Source: Podospora anserina (lineage: Eukaryota). From it: a stretch of DNA of 64,000 bases. The translations under genes and the position numbers were made by a program. Numbering within the stretch: position 1 is the stretch's first letter; each line of letters opens with the position of its first letter. Under the pieces are notes generated by a model, which was not told the DNA's origin, made no database searches, and worked only from the letters and a program-made list of their open reading frames with translations. The DNA lies in the NCBI GenBank assembly GCA_017654855.1, contig CM030334.1, positions 3,906,001 to 3,970,000 on the forward strand. The letters run 5' to 3'. Shown here in pieces: positions 24,052 through 36,525 of the stretch.

Positions 24052-25584
24052 TCAGATCTCATCACCGCCGCCGCAAGGCCCAGAGTGGGTGTGCACACCG
24101 TGGCCGTGGACGCCGAGGGAGCGCTTCATGGCCTTGGCGCGGTCGCCAGCCCACCGTCTCTCGTTCAGGTTGACGGCGGGGAAGCCCTTCCAGCTGGTGG
24201 CATACTTGGCGACCGAATGGGCAATGGCCTGGGTGTTGATGAGGAAGGCCTTCCAGTTGAGGTTGTCAACAGTGTCGCCGACCTTGTGATAGTTGATGTC
24301 GTACGCGACACCAGCCTCACCGCCGAAGAGCTTCTGCTCGGCCTCGGTCTTGGGGACCTCAGCACCGGTGAAGAGACCGCCGGAGGGGATGCCGTTCTGG
24401 ATGAAGCCGGCGTAGTCGGAGCGGCCCGAGAACTCGGTGGGGACCGAGGGGGAGCGCTTGGACTTGTAGAAGTCCTCAAAGTCCTTCTCGATGACGTCGG
24501 ATCCGGGGGGGCCGGTGAGGTTGTAGGCGGATCCATCACCATCGTAGATGCCGAGGATGTAGTTGGGGGAGGCGATCATGTCGAAGTTGAGGTAGGCACG
24601 GATCTTGGCTAACTCGGTCTCAGAGCTGTTGATCGACTTGACGTAGAAGTAGGAGCCGAGGAGACCGAATTCCTCAGCGCCGAAGAAGGCAAAGCGGACG
24701 GCGTTCTTGACGCTGAAGTTGCTGAGGTACTTGGCAACGTTCAGAATACCAATGGTACCGGAACCGTCATCGTTAATACCGGGGCCGGCAGAGACGGAAT
24801 CGGAGTGACCACCAACGACAAGGACGTTGTCGTGATCACCACCCTTGGTCTCGGCGATGACGTTGTAGTTGACACGCTGCTCAACGGTGGCATCGACGTC
24901 GAGGGAAGCCTCGACGGGGCCAGCAGAGAGAGCCTCGAGGATGGGGGCGGCGTCCTCCTGGCTGATACCCACAACAGGGGCGTAGTCCTGGAAGGGGGAG
25001 CCGAGGGTGCCAGCAAGAGAGCCAGCAACGTTGTTGTAGATGACGATGCCAGCGGCACCGGCAGCCTTGGCGCTCAGCGACTTCTCAGCGAAGGAGCAAG
25101 TGCCACGGGACACAAAGGCGATCTTGCCGGCAACCTCGGCGGGGTAGTCGGTGGGAGTGCAGCCAAGGTTGGGAACGGCAACGAGGTTGGCGGTAACCTC
25201 ACCGCCGGGGGTGTAGGTCATGATGGCGGCGGGGATATCGGCACCGCCAACAGTGAGGGTGGCGGTACCCTCGGAGAAGATCTCGGTGAAGGGCTGCTTC
25301 ACGACATCGTAGTAGTTGAGGCGCTTGAGGGTGTTGTAGATGTAGTCAACAGTGGCGTTGTGACCGCCGCTACCGAAAGCGCGGTTACCACCGTGAGCCT
25401 TGGCAAATGACTGGAGCTTGTTGGCGTCGTTGAGAAGGTCACGCTTGTTGACATAGGACTGGAGCTTGGCCGAGCTGACCAGAGGCTTCTTGGGGGTCTT
25501 GTCCTTGCCCTTGCCCTTGCCGTCGCCAGCGCTGACGGTGGCGGAGAAGGCGAGCGCGAAAAGGGAGACGGTGGCAGTCTTCAT
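24052..25584 (-). CDS. Secreted M28 aminopeptidase with PA domain (aminopeptidase Y/Lap2-like)
   Basis: Signal peptide; RGTCSFAEK (PA domain), GHSDSV, GINDDGSG, AEEFGLLGS, NFDMIASPN, RSDY and YHKVGD motifs. Confidence 0.95.
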   Translation of the reverse strand: MKTATVSLFALAFSATVSAGDGKGKGKDKTPKKPLVSSAKLQSYVNKRDLLNDANKLQSFAKAHGGNRAFGSGGHNATVDYIYNTLKRLNYYDVVKQPFTEIFSEGTATLTVGGADIPAAIMTYTPGGEVTANLVAVPNLGCTPTDYPAEVAGKIAFVSRGTCSFAEKSLSAKAAGAAGIVIYNNVAGSLAGTLGSPFQDYAPVVGISQEDAAPILEALSAGPVEASLDVDATVEQRVNYNVIAETKGGDHDNVLVVGGHSDSVSAGPGINDDGSGTIGILNVAKYLSNFSVKNAVRFAFFGAEEFGLLGSYFYVKSINSSETELAKIRAYLNFDMIASPNYILGIYDGDGSAYNLTGPPGSDVIEKDFEDFYKSKRSPSVPTEFSGRSDYAGFIQNGIPSGGLFTGAEVPKTEAEQKLFGGEAGVAYDINYHKVGDTVDNLNWKAFLINTQAIAHSVAKYATSWKGFPAVNLNERRWAGDRAKAMKRSLGVHGHGVHTHSGPCGGGDEI

Positions 25585-28501
25585 CTTGAACCAACGGGTG
25601 GGGACTTGTCGAAGAGGGAAGGGTTGGCGATGGGATGAAGAAGGGGGAGAGACTGGACAGAGTGCGGGGGGTAGCTGGCCATTTTGAGTTCGGACGGGTT
25701 GCTCGTCGAGTCGTAGTTCGGTCGAGGTAGCACCGGGTTGATTGTGTGCTTGGTTGGCTTGGATGGTGAGCTGTGATAGTGGTTGGCGATGTGGTGCCGA
25801 TCTCTTAGTTCTGGAAGCTAGGTCTCTCTCGGCTGGTGTCCCGTTGCGGCAGCTGGAGTAACACTGGGCCGACCAACTGCCTTGTTCAGCAATCGTCCCA
25901 CATAATGTCGTGCACCACCGCTAAGTCGTGAATGGCAGGTCCCAACGGCGCGCCTTGGCTTTGCCTTGGCTTGAAGCTGGGGATTGTGGGGTTGATCTTG
26001 TTGGCTTCGGCATTGGCCTATCAGATGGCCCAACAAGTCTCGGATATCAACATTACCTATCGACTGGTGACTTTCTCCCGATCCCGAATGTTGCCTCCCA
26101 CCCAGCCCACTTGTTCCATTTCCTCGGCACGGAACGCCTTCACCCCGCCCGCTGTTATGGAAGGCCGCAATCAACACCCCTGGACCTGCTTGTCCTGGAG
26201 TAATGCATTTCGGAGCCAAGTCTGGGCGGGCCAGTCACCTCATTCGTGGCAATAACATCGCAACCTATCATCATTGATCACATGTGTTTTTATCCGTCCC
26301 GTCTCTCCACAAGCCATCGTCCTAAGTGGCTCTTTTCTGGATTGCTTCTCTCCTGGCACGTTGGCCCATATCGCAGGTCAAAGATAACAAAAGACGAGAT
26401 CTGGTTAGGCGTAAAGAGCCTCCTTTGCGCCACACGAGATGGCGTTTTGGTATCCGATTCTGCAAGCAAACTGAGCTTATGGTGGTGCGCCATCTGCATG
26501 TTCCTGCATTAGACGTACGGGGTGATCCGGGCTGTTGGCTGATATCAGCGAGCTGAACCGGCCACTTCAGGTGACAGCAGCCATCACACATGCCAAGTTG
26601 GGGCTGGTATGCATCACACCGTCCGCTGAGACCTTCCAGAATATGAAGGTAGCCTTGATCGACAAGAATCAATAGTTTGGCTGGGCCCACGCGCCGTCAG
26701 TTCATCCTGCTTCTCTGGGACTCTCGAAGCTGCTCGGCGGGCTGATGTCCATATTAACAACGCACAGTGCATTCAAGAGATCGAGCGTCGGATCGGGCCG
26801 AGGTTGAGCAAGACAGGTATTCGTGACACTATCATTGGGCTCTGTTGCCCTTTTGGGTGGTGAGGGCAGCTATGAGGCTATGCATGGGGGTATATGTGAG
26901 GCCTGAGCTATATTTCATGTGGAGTTCTGGACTTGGCTCACCCTGTTCGATGTTGCTTCTTCTGTAAGCCAGGAAAATCGCCCGGATATATGACATGGTG
27001 TTCTTTGGCTTAGACAAGCACTGTAGGTCTCTAACATATGGACTTGGCGGAACCACATGTTGGGCTTGCTTATCGGGTAAATTTCGCAACGTTTGCCAAT
27101 AAGTATTCAGGCTTTGATTGCCATAGCTGACGTAGGGGTGGAATTCCTCATGGTCCAAGTTTTACATCACTTGAAGTGGGCTACCTACCTCCACGTGGCT
27201 TGCCATTCCGCAGCACCTTGATAGACACATGCGGAACGTGCATGTCAGCCCTACCTCTCGAAACTGGTGACACTCCCAGGAGATACCAGTTATTCGGTAT
27301 CACACGGTCCGCGGCGGGTGCGACAGTAGCACATCGGAGCTTGGCGATGGCTGCATGAGATCTACAATGTCGGACCTTAATAGGGCTTTCAAGTCTTGAC
27401 ATTTGTACTTGGCACGATATATGGGCCCGGAAGATTGTAGAATACGGACACGATTTCGGTTTCGTTTGAGGTTGGAAGAGCTTGTTTCCTCCTCAGGAAT
27501 GCGGTGGACTTTTGAGTTTAAACAATCTTTCGGGATCGAGAAGCCCAAAGGTTCAGGGGGGTTGTGTACCTTACATCAACACGGCCAGACAAGTCACTGG
27601 GAAATGGCATAACGACTGAAGAATACACACATTTTTGAGCTGGAAATAGTACATATGTAGAGATCCATACCACCCAACTTAACCTACTTTATACGCCAGA
27701 TTCAAAGCTTCTGTTTCTGTGTTTGCTTCCCTACCTAGGGCATTATTTCATTGTGAAAACAGAGGTGGCAGACTTCCTCTTCACCCCCCATTGTCTTTGG
27801 GCATTCTGACTAACTGCCTCGAAGTTTTTTCCACCGTCAAACGACACATAATAAACCCCTTTCGAGGCTTGCTTGAGTGGAAATGGTCCTGATTTCCAAC
27901 GTGACACTGCTTGAATACCCTGAGGGTTGTGGGGACTGCGGGCATCGCTGCCGTGAAATCTTTGGTGCAACTGCGGCCATCGTTCTCCTTGAGTAGGTCT
28001 CAAACATTCCCAGGAAAGCTTTGAACAGCTGCTTCAAAAGTCCCTGGCCGGAATCAACCGCTGGGAAATGACGTTCCTATTCTCATCCTGCGTTCTTTGC
28101 CACCATGTAAGCTTGGCCATGCAGTCCAAAGGCGAGTGTGCCGGCCCCTCCACACACCGATGAGTATCATTCATACCTATCCATGCATCCTAAGGCACAG
28201 ATCGCGAGGTTCGCTGTCAGTTGTCTTTCCCCCGTGTAGTCCAAGGGATAGATCGATAGGTAGATGCTCAGCACACCTCACCCATCTGTGTCTCAAAAGA
28301 GCGGGGCATTTGCAGCCATCCAGCATGATGCGGCACAGTGCAGTTGCCCTTGGGGGCGAGGGGGGATTCACGTGCCTCTTCCCTCGTGGTCTTTACAGCA
28401 ATCGTTTAGATGACGGCCCAGCTCTCATAGTTCTGCTTTGTACAGTTCAGATTTCTTTTACATCTACCTAGTCTTGCACCAGCACAACATAGCAGCCAAA
28501 A

Positions 28502-29542
28502 ATGTCGTCTCCATTTCACTTGGCGCTGCCTCCAATGGCACCCGCAGTGCCTCTTGCCCGTGTGCCGGGTCCAAAGCTGCAACCTTTCACACCTACGGGC
28601 CAAGCCAACATAGAGTTCATCGAGTTCGTTGGTGCAGGGAACGACCGGGACTACAAAGTCTGGAAGGTCAGCATTGACGGTCATGGCCCATATGCTCTCA
28701 AGATGGTGCGTGCAAATCGACCATTCAACGTCCTGGTGAGCCTCACACTGACTGTCTGCAGTTCCTGTTCCGTACGTGGGAGACACTGTCCGAAACCAGT
28801 GGCAAATATGCTGCTAGCCTTGCAAAGCCCGAGTTTTATGTGGATTACTTAACGCCATTCAGCTGCGAATGCCGGGCGTACGGCAGGTCGAAGCAAGAAG
28901 GCCGGGAGGATCTTGCAGTGAAGAGCCACGGATATCTCCTACTGACACGCGAACAGGAAATCGAGGTCACGGAGGCCATGGGAGTAGATGACGAACAGCT
29001 GGATGAGCCTGACAGTTACTTGGAACGGCAAAAAATTTTGGTGTCAGTCTGAGCAACACAGGAGTCATCCGATCTACGCCATCGTCAAAGATTTTGGTCC
29101 CCCAGGGGTCAAGCACCTCACCCAGTCGCAAGTATCACACTTGTGGAGCGACGTGGAAGCGCTTCACAGAATTGGAATTCTCATCAGGGACCTGCACGTT
29201 CGCAACTACATGGATGGGAAGCTGGTGGACTTCAGCCGAGTATGGACGATGTACCATCCCTGCCTCGACATAAACCCCAACACACTTAACTGGTTGAGAG
29301 TGGAGGATGCTCGAGAGCTATCAGATGTCATCTCCTCTTGGCTGGAAAACACACCTCTCGACTCGCCGGTCGAGATTCCACCGGTTTTGAAGCGCTGTGC
29401 GGGATGGTACGGCGGTGACGGCGAAATTGGGGCCGATCCCAGCAAATACGACTGGCAGAAATGGGGGGACGATCTGAACATGGCGAAAGACTTTTTTGAG
29501 GAGGATCTTTATGGCCCGGTAAGCGAGGAGGAATCATCCTAG
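28502..29542 (+). pseudogene. FTA2-family / protein-kinase-like gene with one frameshift near 29022; intron 28705-28761
   Basis: PGPKLQPF, KVWKVSIDG..YALKM-F, PFSCECRAYGR, AVKSHGYL, AIVKD, LHRIGILIRDLH and LVDFS motifs. The frame shifts between DSYLE and NGKKFW. Confidence 0.75.
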
Positions 29543-29831
29543 GAGGTACTTATGTGGCGTACATACTGGTAGATTTTAGAAGGTATCATGATATACTTGA
29601 TCGAATACCCAAGATGCCTAGTCCAGAAGTGGTTGCGTTTAATATTGGCGCCTGGTGCTTTTTAGTGCTGTTCATTTTGTGGACACTGTGCATGATGCAG
29701 GACTTTTGCTGGCACAGCTGGCACAGCTGGCCGATTCCAGAACTTCTCATCCAACATGGGACTGCTCTCTATAATCCGGCCTTCGCTTCCATAGCAGAAG
29801 CGACCTTCTCTGACACGATTTCTGGCCCCAA

Positions 29832-30864
29832 ATGGACCCAGCGAAGCTTCCAGTTCATGCCCTCAACGATCACCACCGCCATCTCCTAATCCGAGCCATT
29901 TCACGTGTTCTCGTAACTGATATCGCTGAGACTACATTCGCACAGATCCTCGATGGACTTCCGACGGCTGAGGTCGGCGATGACTGCTCAGATGGTGAGC
30001 TTCCAGATGGCCATCCCTTGCGCGAAAAACATCGCCAACTTTGTCCTGGACACGGTACGCCAGTTTCGCGACTCATTCCAGCCCGAAACCTTGGAAATGG
30101 ACGCAGAACTTCTACACTCCTATCAAACTTCGCTGCCCGGCTCTCGAGCATTTAAGACTCGCCTGGTAGAGCTTGTTGCCATCCTACTACACCAAGCAGG
30201 CGTAATGTTCTTCAAGCTCGACACAAGTCTTCACAAACACGATGCCATCACTGAGTGGGCGCCTCCAAAAGACGATGACCTATACTGGCGTTTCTACCCA
30301 AAAGGCCCTTTCCCAACACTTTTCAGACATCCTTGGTATGTCGACCATGACCAGTATCCCTACGGTGTAGCCGATATGGTTGGTTACTGGGCTGAGGCAA
30401 GAATTTGGGGGGGTGTTGTGCTGTTTGACCGACGCTCCTCTGATGACACACCAGAGGCCGACGAACACGCGATATATCTCCATCCAAACAGGGATCTCGT
30501 GACTTACCGAATTTGCCGCCTCCTCGAGGACCAGAAGCGTGCCATTCTCGATTTCCTGACCGCGGACACTCCGGAAGAGTGTCCGCTACCCATCCTTCCA
30601 ACAGATGAAAATACTCATCGAGTCGATCCGGAGGAACCGCTAGGCTTGACAGGCATCTATCGCAACATTTGGGAGCGCAAAGATCTTCCCATTGATGGGC
30701 CGGATAGTAGGAACAGAGCTTCGCAAGACTTCCTGAATTTCCCTACCCGTGCCGATCAACTGGCGGCAAAAAGACGATTACACTTACGCCGGCAGAGAGA
30801 GGCTGAGCTTATGGCTTCATATGACCGTGGGGACGTCGAGGAAAAGCCAGAAACCTTTGACTGA
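29832..30864 (+). pseudogene. Conserved fungal hypothetical protein with a frameshift near 30042-30050
   Basis: The N-part (ETTFAQILDGLP..HPL..H..LCPG) and the C-part (VLDTVRQF..RLVELVAILLHQ..PTLFRHPWY..GYWAEARIWGGVVLFDR) lie in different frames and overlap at gtcctgga. Confidence 0.7.
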
Positions 30865-31354
30865 GGAAAGGATGGGCGCCTTCAATGGTGGGAAAGTGGC
30901 CACTTCAACTCAAGGTACTTCTAAACGATCGCATTCATTTGGATCTATCAGCAGCTCAGGCTCAGTAGTCAGTCGTGCAACGTATTGATCGGATAGGTTC
31001 TGCAATTCGCATCAATGGTGGCTTCGAATTACGTCGCCTCAATCCACGACGATCCACGTCATGCATGGGAATGGAGTTTCCCAAGTCAGTGATGTTCTGC
31101 CAAGGCCCCAGTATATGCAGTCAGCCATCCAAAGCGAGGTCATAGCCAATGAACCAATAGTGTAGGATATCCGCTTTAACCGCCGCCTCACACTTGCGTG
31201 GGGCAGTGTTGGCACCAGATGAGGCTCATCACTGCTGAAGAAGTTGGCATGCTTCAGGCTCCATCCAGCTCGTTACATTCATTCATAAATGGAACCTTAG
31301 ACGACCACATCATTCCGCCTCCTCAACCTCCTCAATACAATTCAGTTCGCAGTC

Positions 31355-34300
31355 ATGGCCAATATGTTTGCGGACCCGGAAATAGTCAAGCTCTGGAACG
31401 AAGCAGTCGCTGCACACCGCGAAAAAACCAAAGTCGACTTGGAGAGCACGACCAACAAAGAGAAAACCACCATCTTTGTTTCCTTTTGGAACAGCCTTCG
31501 ACCAAAGAAGACATCATCACTGGTTTCTACAAAGGACACCAAGCACCAAGATCACGACGACGACGAAAAGCCCATCAAACCCGAGCAACAGCAAGTCGAC
31601 GAGTTGGTTGACAAACTCACAGCCGAACATGAGCAATTCCAGTTGCTTCGCAATGATGGCGGGAAGATCGACAAGATTCGACATGGCCTGGGGAAATTTG
31701 CCTCGGCCATGGCTGGCGTCGGTCCGGTCCTAGAAAGGCTTGCCGAAGACACGCCCGCAGCGATAGTTGCCGTCGCATTTACACACATCATGACCTCCTT
31801 CACCGAGGTGTCAGCCGATCTTGACCTCATACAAAATCTTTTCGTGATAATGAGGTCCTTTGCCGAGAGACTAGGCCTTCTTAAGAGAGTGCCGGAGGAG
31901 CAGCGGTTCCGCAACTTGATCCTCAAGACTTTCACCCACATGCTGGAGTTCTGCACCCGAGCCCACATGCGTCTCAAGAAGGACCAGTACCGAGTCAAAG
32001 AATGGGCGAAGGCTCTGTTCCGAGGACAAGACAACGAGCTCAAAGAGGCCTATGATCGAGTCGTCACAGCCATTGACGACATGGGTTCCGCCATCGTCGC
32101 CCAGACTTTGGCTTCGGTGCTTGACTTTGAGGACAAGACCGAGAGGATGCTGCAGCGGGGCTTCTCCCGGATGGACAGTGGTTTCAGAAGGGTAAACAGC
32201 GGTCTATCTGTAGTCCTGAGCAACCAGCGCTACGAGTCGCAGCGCGGACAGAGGCGAGACGAGGAGCAACGCGGTTTTCGAGAAGAGATCCGCCAGCACA
32301 ATGATAGAATCTTCAACATTCTTGTGGGAAAGAACGCCAAGTCGACTGGCAGCTCCGATGCTAGGAGATACAACTCCCTCGCCATCATCACAAAATCATT
32401 ATTTACTGGCGCTGAAGAGCTAATCCAGCAGAGATGGGTGAAAATGGAGAGAGAGTTCGTCAAGAATACATTTGCTTGGTTCAATGATGACTTTGAGAAA
32501 TTGAAGACCATGGACGGCGGCGTGTGGTACATTGGTGGAGAGTCCGGCATGGGGAAAAGCTTCTTCTCTTTTGCTATCTACTCCCGTCTCGCCCTGGAGT
32601 TCGAGAACGACCCGTTCACATCTGTGGCGTCATTCATCTTCGATGAGAACTTTGAGAAACTGGAAAGAGTGGATAATGTGCTTTACTTCTGTTCAGCCCA
32701 GATCGCCTCAACGGACAACAGCTATCGCCAGCACATTCAGAGCTTGGTTGACGACGACGAGAAGGGAGAGTGGAAGAAGGATGCCTGGGACAAGTTGTAC
32801 GGCTCAACATTCGCCAAAACCGCTACAAAAGGCAGGCGGCTTTACCTCGTCTTGGACGGAATCGACCAACTGGAGAACGATCAGCTTAGTCGTCTTTCCC
32901 GCTACATCAAACAAGCCGCAGGATTGCGTATCACCTTTGTGATTTCCGGTACCCGGGATTTGAAGAGACGCCTTCCCAGAGTCGACCACACAATCACGCT
33001 AGATCAAGCGGTCTTGTCTGGTGACTTCAAACTGCTGACACAGTCCCGTGTCGAGCTGTACCCAGGGCTTGTGGGACTTCGATCCTCCCTCAAACGCAAG
33101 CTCTGCTCGGCGATGGAAATGTCTGCCGACTCATTCTTCTACGTCAACTACATGCTTCGGCAACTCAACACCATGAAGATTGCGTCTTTGATAGAAAGCT
33201 CGCTCAGGCCAGTTGCGCTTCCCAAGAATACCGATGCTATCTACCATCAACTATTTCAGGAATGTGAGCAATACTACACAAACATCAACGAGAAGAGGGC
33301 ATTGGGCTATCTTTTTACCTGGCTTGCTTACTCGTACGATCGTGTGAGCCTTGATGCTGCGCAGAAACTTGTCGACTTGGTACTCGTTGCTGTGCTCGGC
33401 GACAGGAAGCTCCATTTGGACATCAAGACTGAGATCTTGGGAAGATTAGCAAAGTGAGTTTTAGCCCAGACTCTTTAAACTGCCAAAGCTAACACGTTTG
33501 ATGTTCAGAATTCTCTCCTTCTCAGAACCCGAGGACAACACCCTGTACCCTGAAAGTCCTGACGTCGACGACGACAACAATGATGGTATCCCCCGTTTTC
33601 CCAACAGAAAAGAAACCACCGTACCGGAAGTGTTGGTAAGCTTCCAACAGCACTCACTGCGAGACTATTTTATTAGACGTCATGATCCCGCAACGAGCAG
33701 TGACTTGCAGCCCACAGAGCACCAGGCGCGCATCATGATGTTCAAACTAACCACAACCATACTCACCACTCCAAAGGCGGCACAAAACCCATCCCTTGTC
33801 TCCGTGTCAACGAAATACGCCTTTTATCACCTGGTCGAAGCACAGCCCTTGAGCTCACCTGAGGAAGTCAAAGCAGTGGCTGAGGACCTATACGCTCTTC
33901 TCGGCTGCGGTGACGGTGCATTGAGAACAATCGAAGGCCAATTCGAGTTTCAGCAAGACTCGGAAGATGTTGAGGACTTTTGCAGCATCTTTGGCTTCAC
34001 GAGGGATGAAGTTAACGAGGTCCTCGCTGCCCTCTTGGCGATTGGCTCACAAGTGTCTAAACTACCAGCCCAACATCAGTTGTCTGAGAAGGAGTCACAC
34101 TGGGTCAGTTCCACTTTGAGGAACAGCGACTCAATCTTCATCACAGTTGCTATGGGGCATGTGCGGAACTGGTTGGACAGCGACAAGACTGTTACTTCCA
34201 GTAAAGCTTTTGCGGGGTTCCGCTTTGCGCATGTGGCTCTCTGTTCGCTCACGGCACCGGCTCTCCGAAGCCTGATCCAAGGGCCGCAACTAAAGCTGAA

Positions 34301-36176
34301 AAGAGGAGAGATTGACTCGGGGGTCAACATATGGCCGGATGAAGACTTTGAGGCAGTGGCGACTATCGGCCGTTATCCGCAGCCACTTGGTCCACAAGAA
34401 TACAAACAAATCTCCAAGGCCCTTCACTACGATCTCCGCAACATGGGCGCACAGAGGGCGGCAGAGAAAGGCCTCAAACTGGCCAAAAATTCTCGCGACA
34501 TCTTCGACCTCCGCTATCGCATCGCTCGTGCCAGGTTCGATGAGTGGGTGTATCCTGAACACGAAAGCAGCGGCCCGGGGGTGACACCGGAAGCTGTTCT
34601 GGCCGCTTGGAACCTCTGTCTCAGTGATATCCCGCCTGTTGATCCAAAAGACCAACCTTTTAAGAACATGCTCAACGCAGCCTATCAAATGAAGGCACGC
34701 GTAGAAAGCACCCTGGACGCTCACCACCGAGATGCGCTCGCCTCCATGCAGATGGCAGCCACTTTCCAAACCACCGAGTCTTGCACGCGCGTGTTTGAAG
34801 AACTCGTCGTGGCCTTCGGTGATAAGAAGCTCTACGCTGAGATTATCCAGCTTCTCAAGGCTCTCTCAGAATGGTCCAACCCTCTCACCATCCGCTGCAC
34901 AGATGTAACACACCGCCATATCCACCGCGCCGCCATGGCCACCGACGAAAAGTCTTTTGTCCGGAAGCTCTACGTTGAAGCCGCCTCTTCAGATACCCTA
35001 GCCGAAGACACGTCAACAGAGGAATCTGACATCCGAATCTGGCTCTCCCTGTTTGACCGCTTCGTCATGAACGAGCCGCGCAAGGCCCAGAACCAGCTGC
35101 TCAAGCTTGTCCAGAACCCGCCCAGCAAGATCTCGTTCTTTGCCTCAGAAAGGGCGGCAAGACATCTGGCAGACATCTACCTCGAGGAGTTCCGCATATC
35201 CCGCAGCTTGTCCTACAAGCTAGGTGTCCTGACGGACATGGAGAGCACGGTCGTCCAAATGCTCAAAGACAGGCTAGGTCTGGAGTTCAAGCCCAAGCTT
35301 TCCAAGACGAGCACCATTGTATTGGCAGTCATGCGCCGCAAGGTTGGGCCGGCGGAGCAGTTCTACAACGATCTCAACGATAGCTTTGAGGCGTGCTGCC
35401 AGGCTCTGACTGATGGTACTGAGGTCAATGACGCCCCTAGTTTGAGGCTGCTGGCAAAGGTGCTTTCGGTGTTGGTGCTACCGCCACCAGGCAGAATCGG
35501 AGAGAGCCTGTTGAAGGAGGATGCGCAGATTGCGTTGAGCTGCCAGTTTTACTTGCTGCCTTCTGCCGGTGGAGTCAGTACTGAGCGGCCGTTGCAGCAG
35601 CAAGCTACGACAGTCGACAGGGCGCTGTCATCAAAGAGGATAACGTCACCAAAGGGAACAAACTCTCCCAGGAGGATGGACTCGCCGAAGCGGACGGTCT
35701 CGCCGGCCAAGGCTCCTGTTCCGGTACAAAAGCCAGAGGGGAAATACGCATTCAACAAGTCTGCGGGCTTGGAGTGCGCCATGTGCAGCAAGATCCTGAC
35801 CGACTTTTCACAGGGGAAGGTTTACACGTGTGTTTACTGCACCAATGTAGATTTGTGTGAGGAATGCCACCGGGTGAGGGAGAGCCACTACGACACTGCG
35901 GGGATTCTCGAGAATGGTGATATTATCTCGCCCTCGGCAGCCGGTGTGAACGGCAAGGCGGGAGTCATTGCAGAGAGGCCAGTGAACGACTATGTCGAGG
36001 TCTGTCCTTGGGGCCATATGCTGGTTGAGTCACCTGTGAAGGGGTGGAAGGGTGTGCGTAAGGATGGTGTGTTGGAGTATGGTGGGGGGGAGATCAAGTT
36101 TAGCGATTGGCTGGAGGGGTTAAAGGGACGGTGGGAGAGGGCCTGGTGGCGGTATTGGAGGGAGGTTGAACAGTGA
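31355..36176 (+). CDS. Fungal STAND/NLR-like protein: Goodbye-like N-terminal helical domain, NACHT, TPR-like helical region, ZZ-type zinc finger; intron 33454-33508
   Basis: Walker A GGESGMGKS, Walker B LYLVLDGIDQ, winged-helix FQQHSLRDYF and C-terminal CAMC..CVYC..DLCEECH..CPWGH. The intron joins two long ORFs in frame. Confidence 0.85.
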
Positions 36177-36525
36177 GCGATACACGACTCTCAAGGGGTT
36201 GACAATGCGGGCTTGTGGGGCCAGCTACTCGTTGAGCCCCTGAACCCCTGAATCTCTAACAATATTGCTTTGGCCAGGATTTGTTGCATGTCAACAGAGC
36301 CACTATTTTGACAGTTACGAGCCCAATATTCTACCAATGAAAACAAGAACTGAATCTTCGTTCGCTTGAGTCTTTTGGAATTTGTGCTGTGTTGCCTTAC
36401 ACCTATAGGTACCTGGAACAGCATAGAGTGACGTCATCCATTCGTCCAATCTCTACTTGAACCACATCATACTATACTGGTAGACTTTCCCCTCAGTTGC
36501 TGGACTGTTGACCGTATCAGCCATT

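Noticed and set aside
26832-28037. Several short minus-strand ORFs that might be a gene relic
   Set aside because: No recognisable domain and no consistent exon structure could be built.
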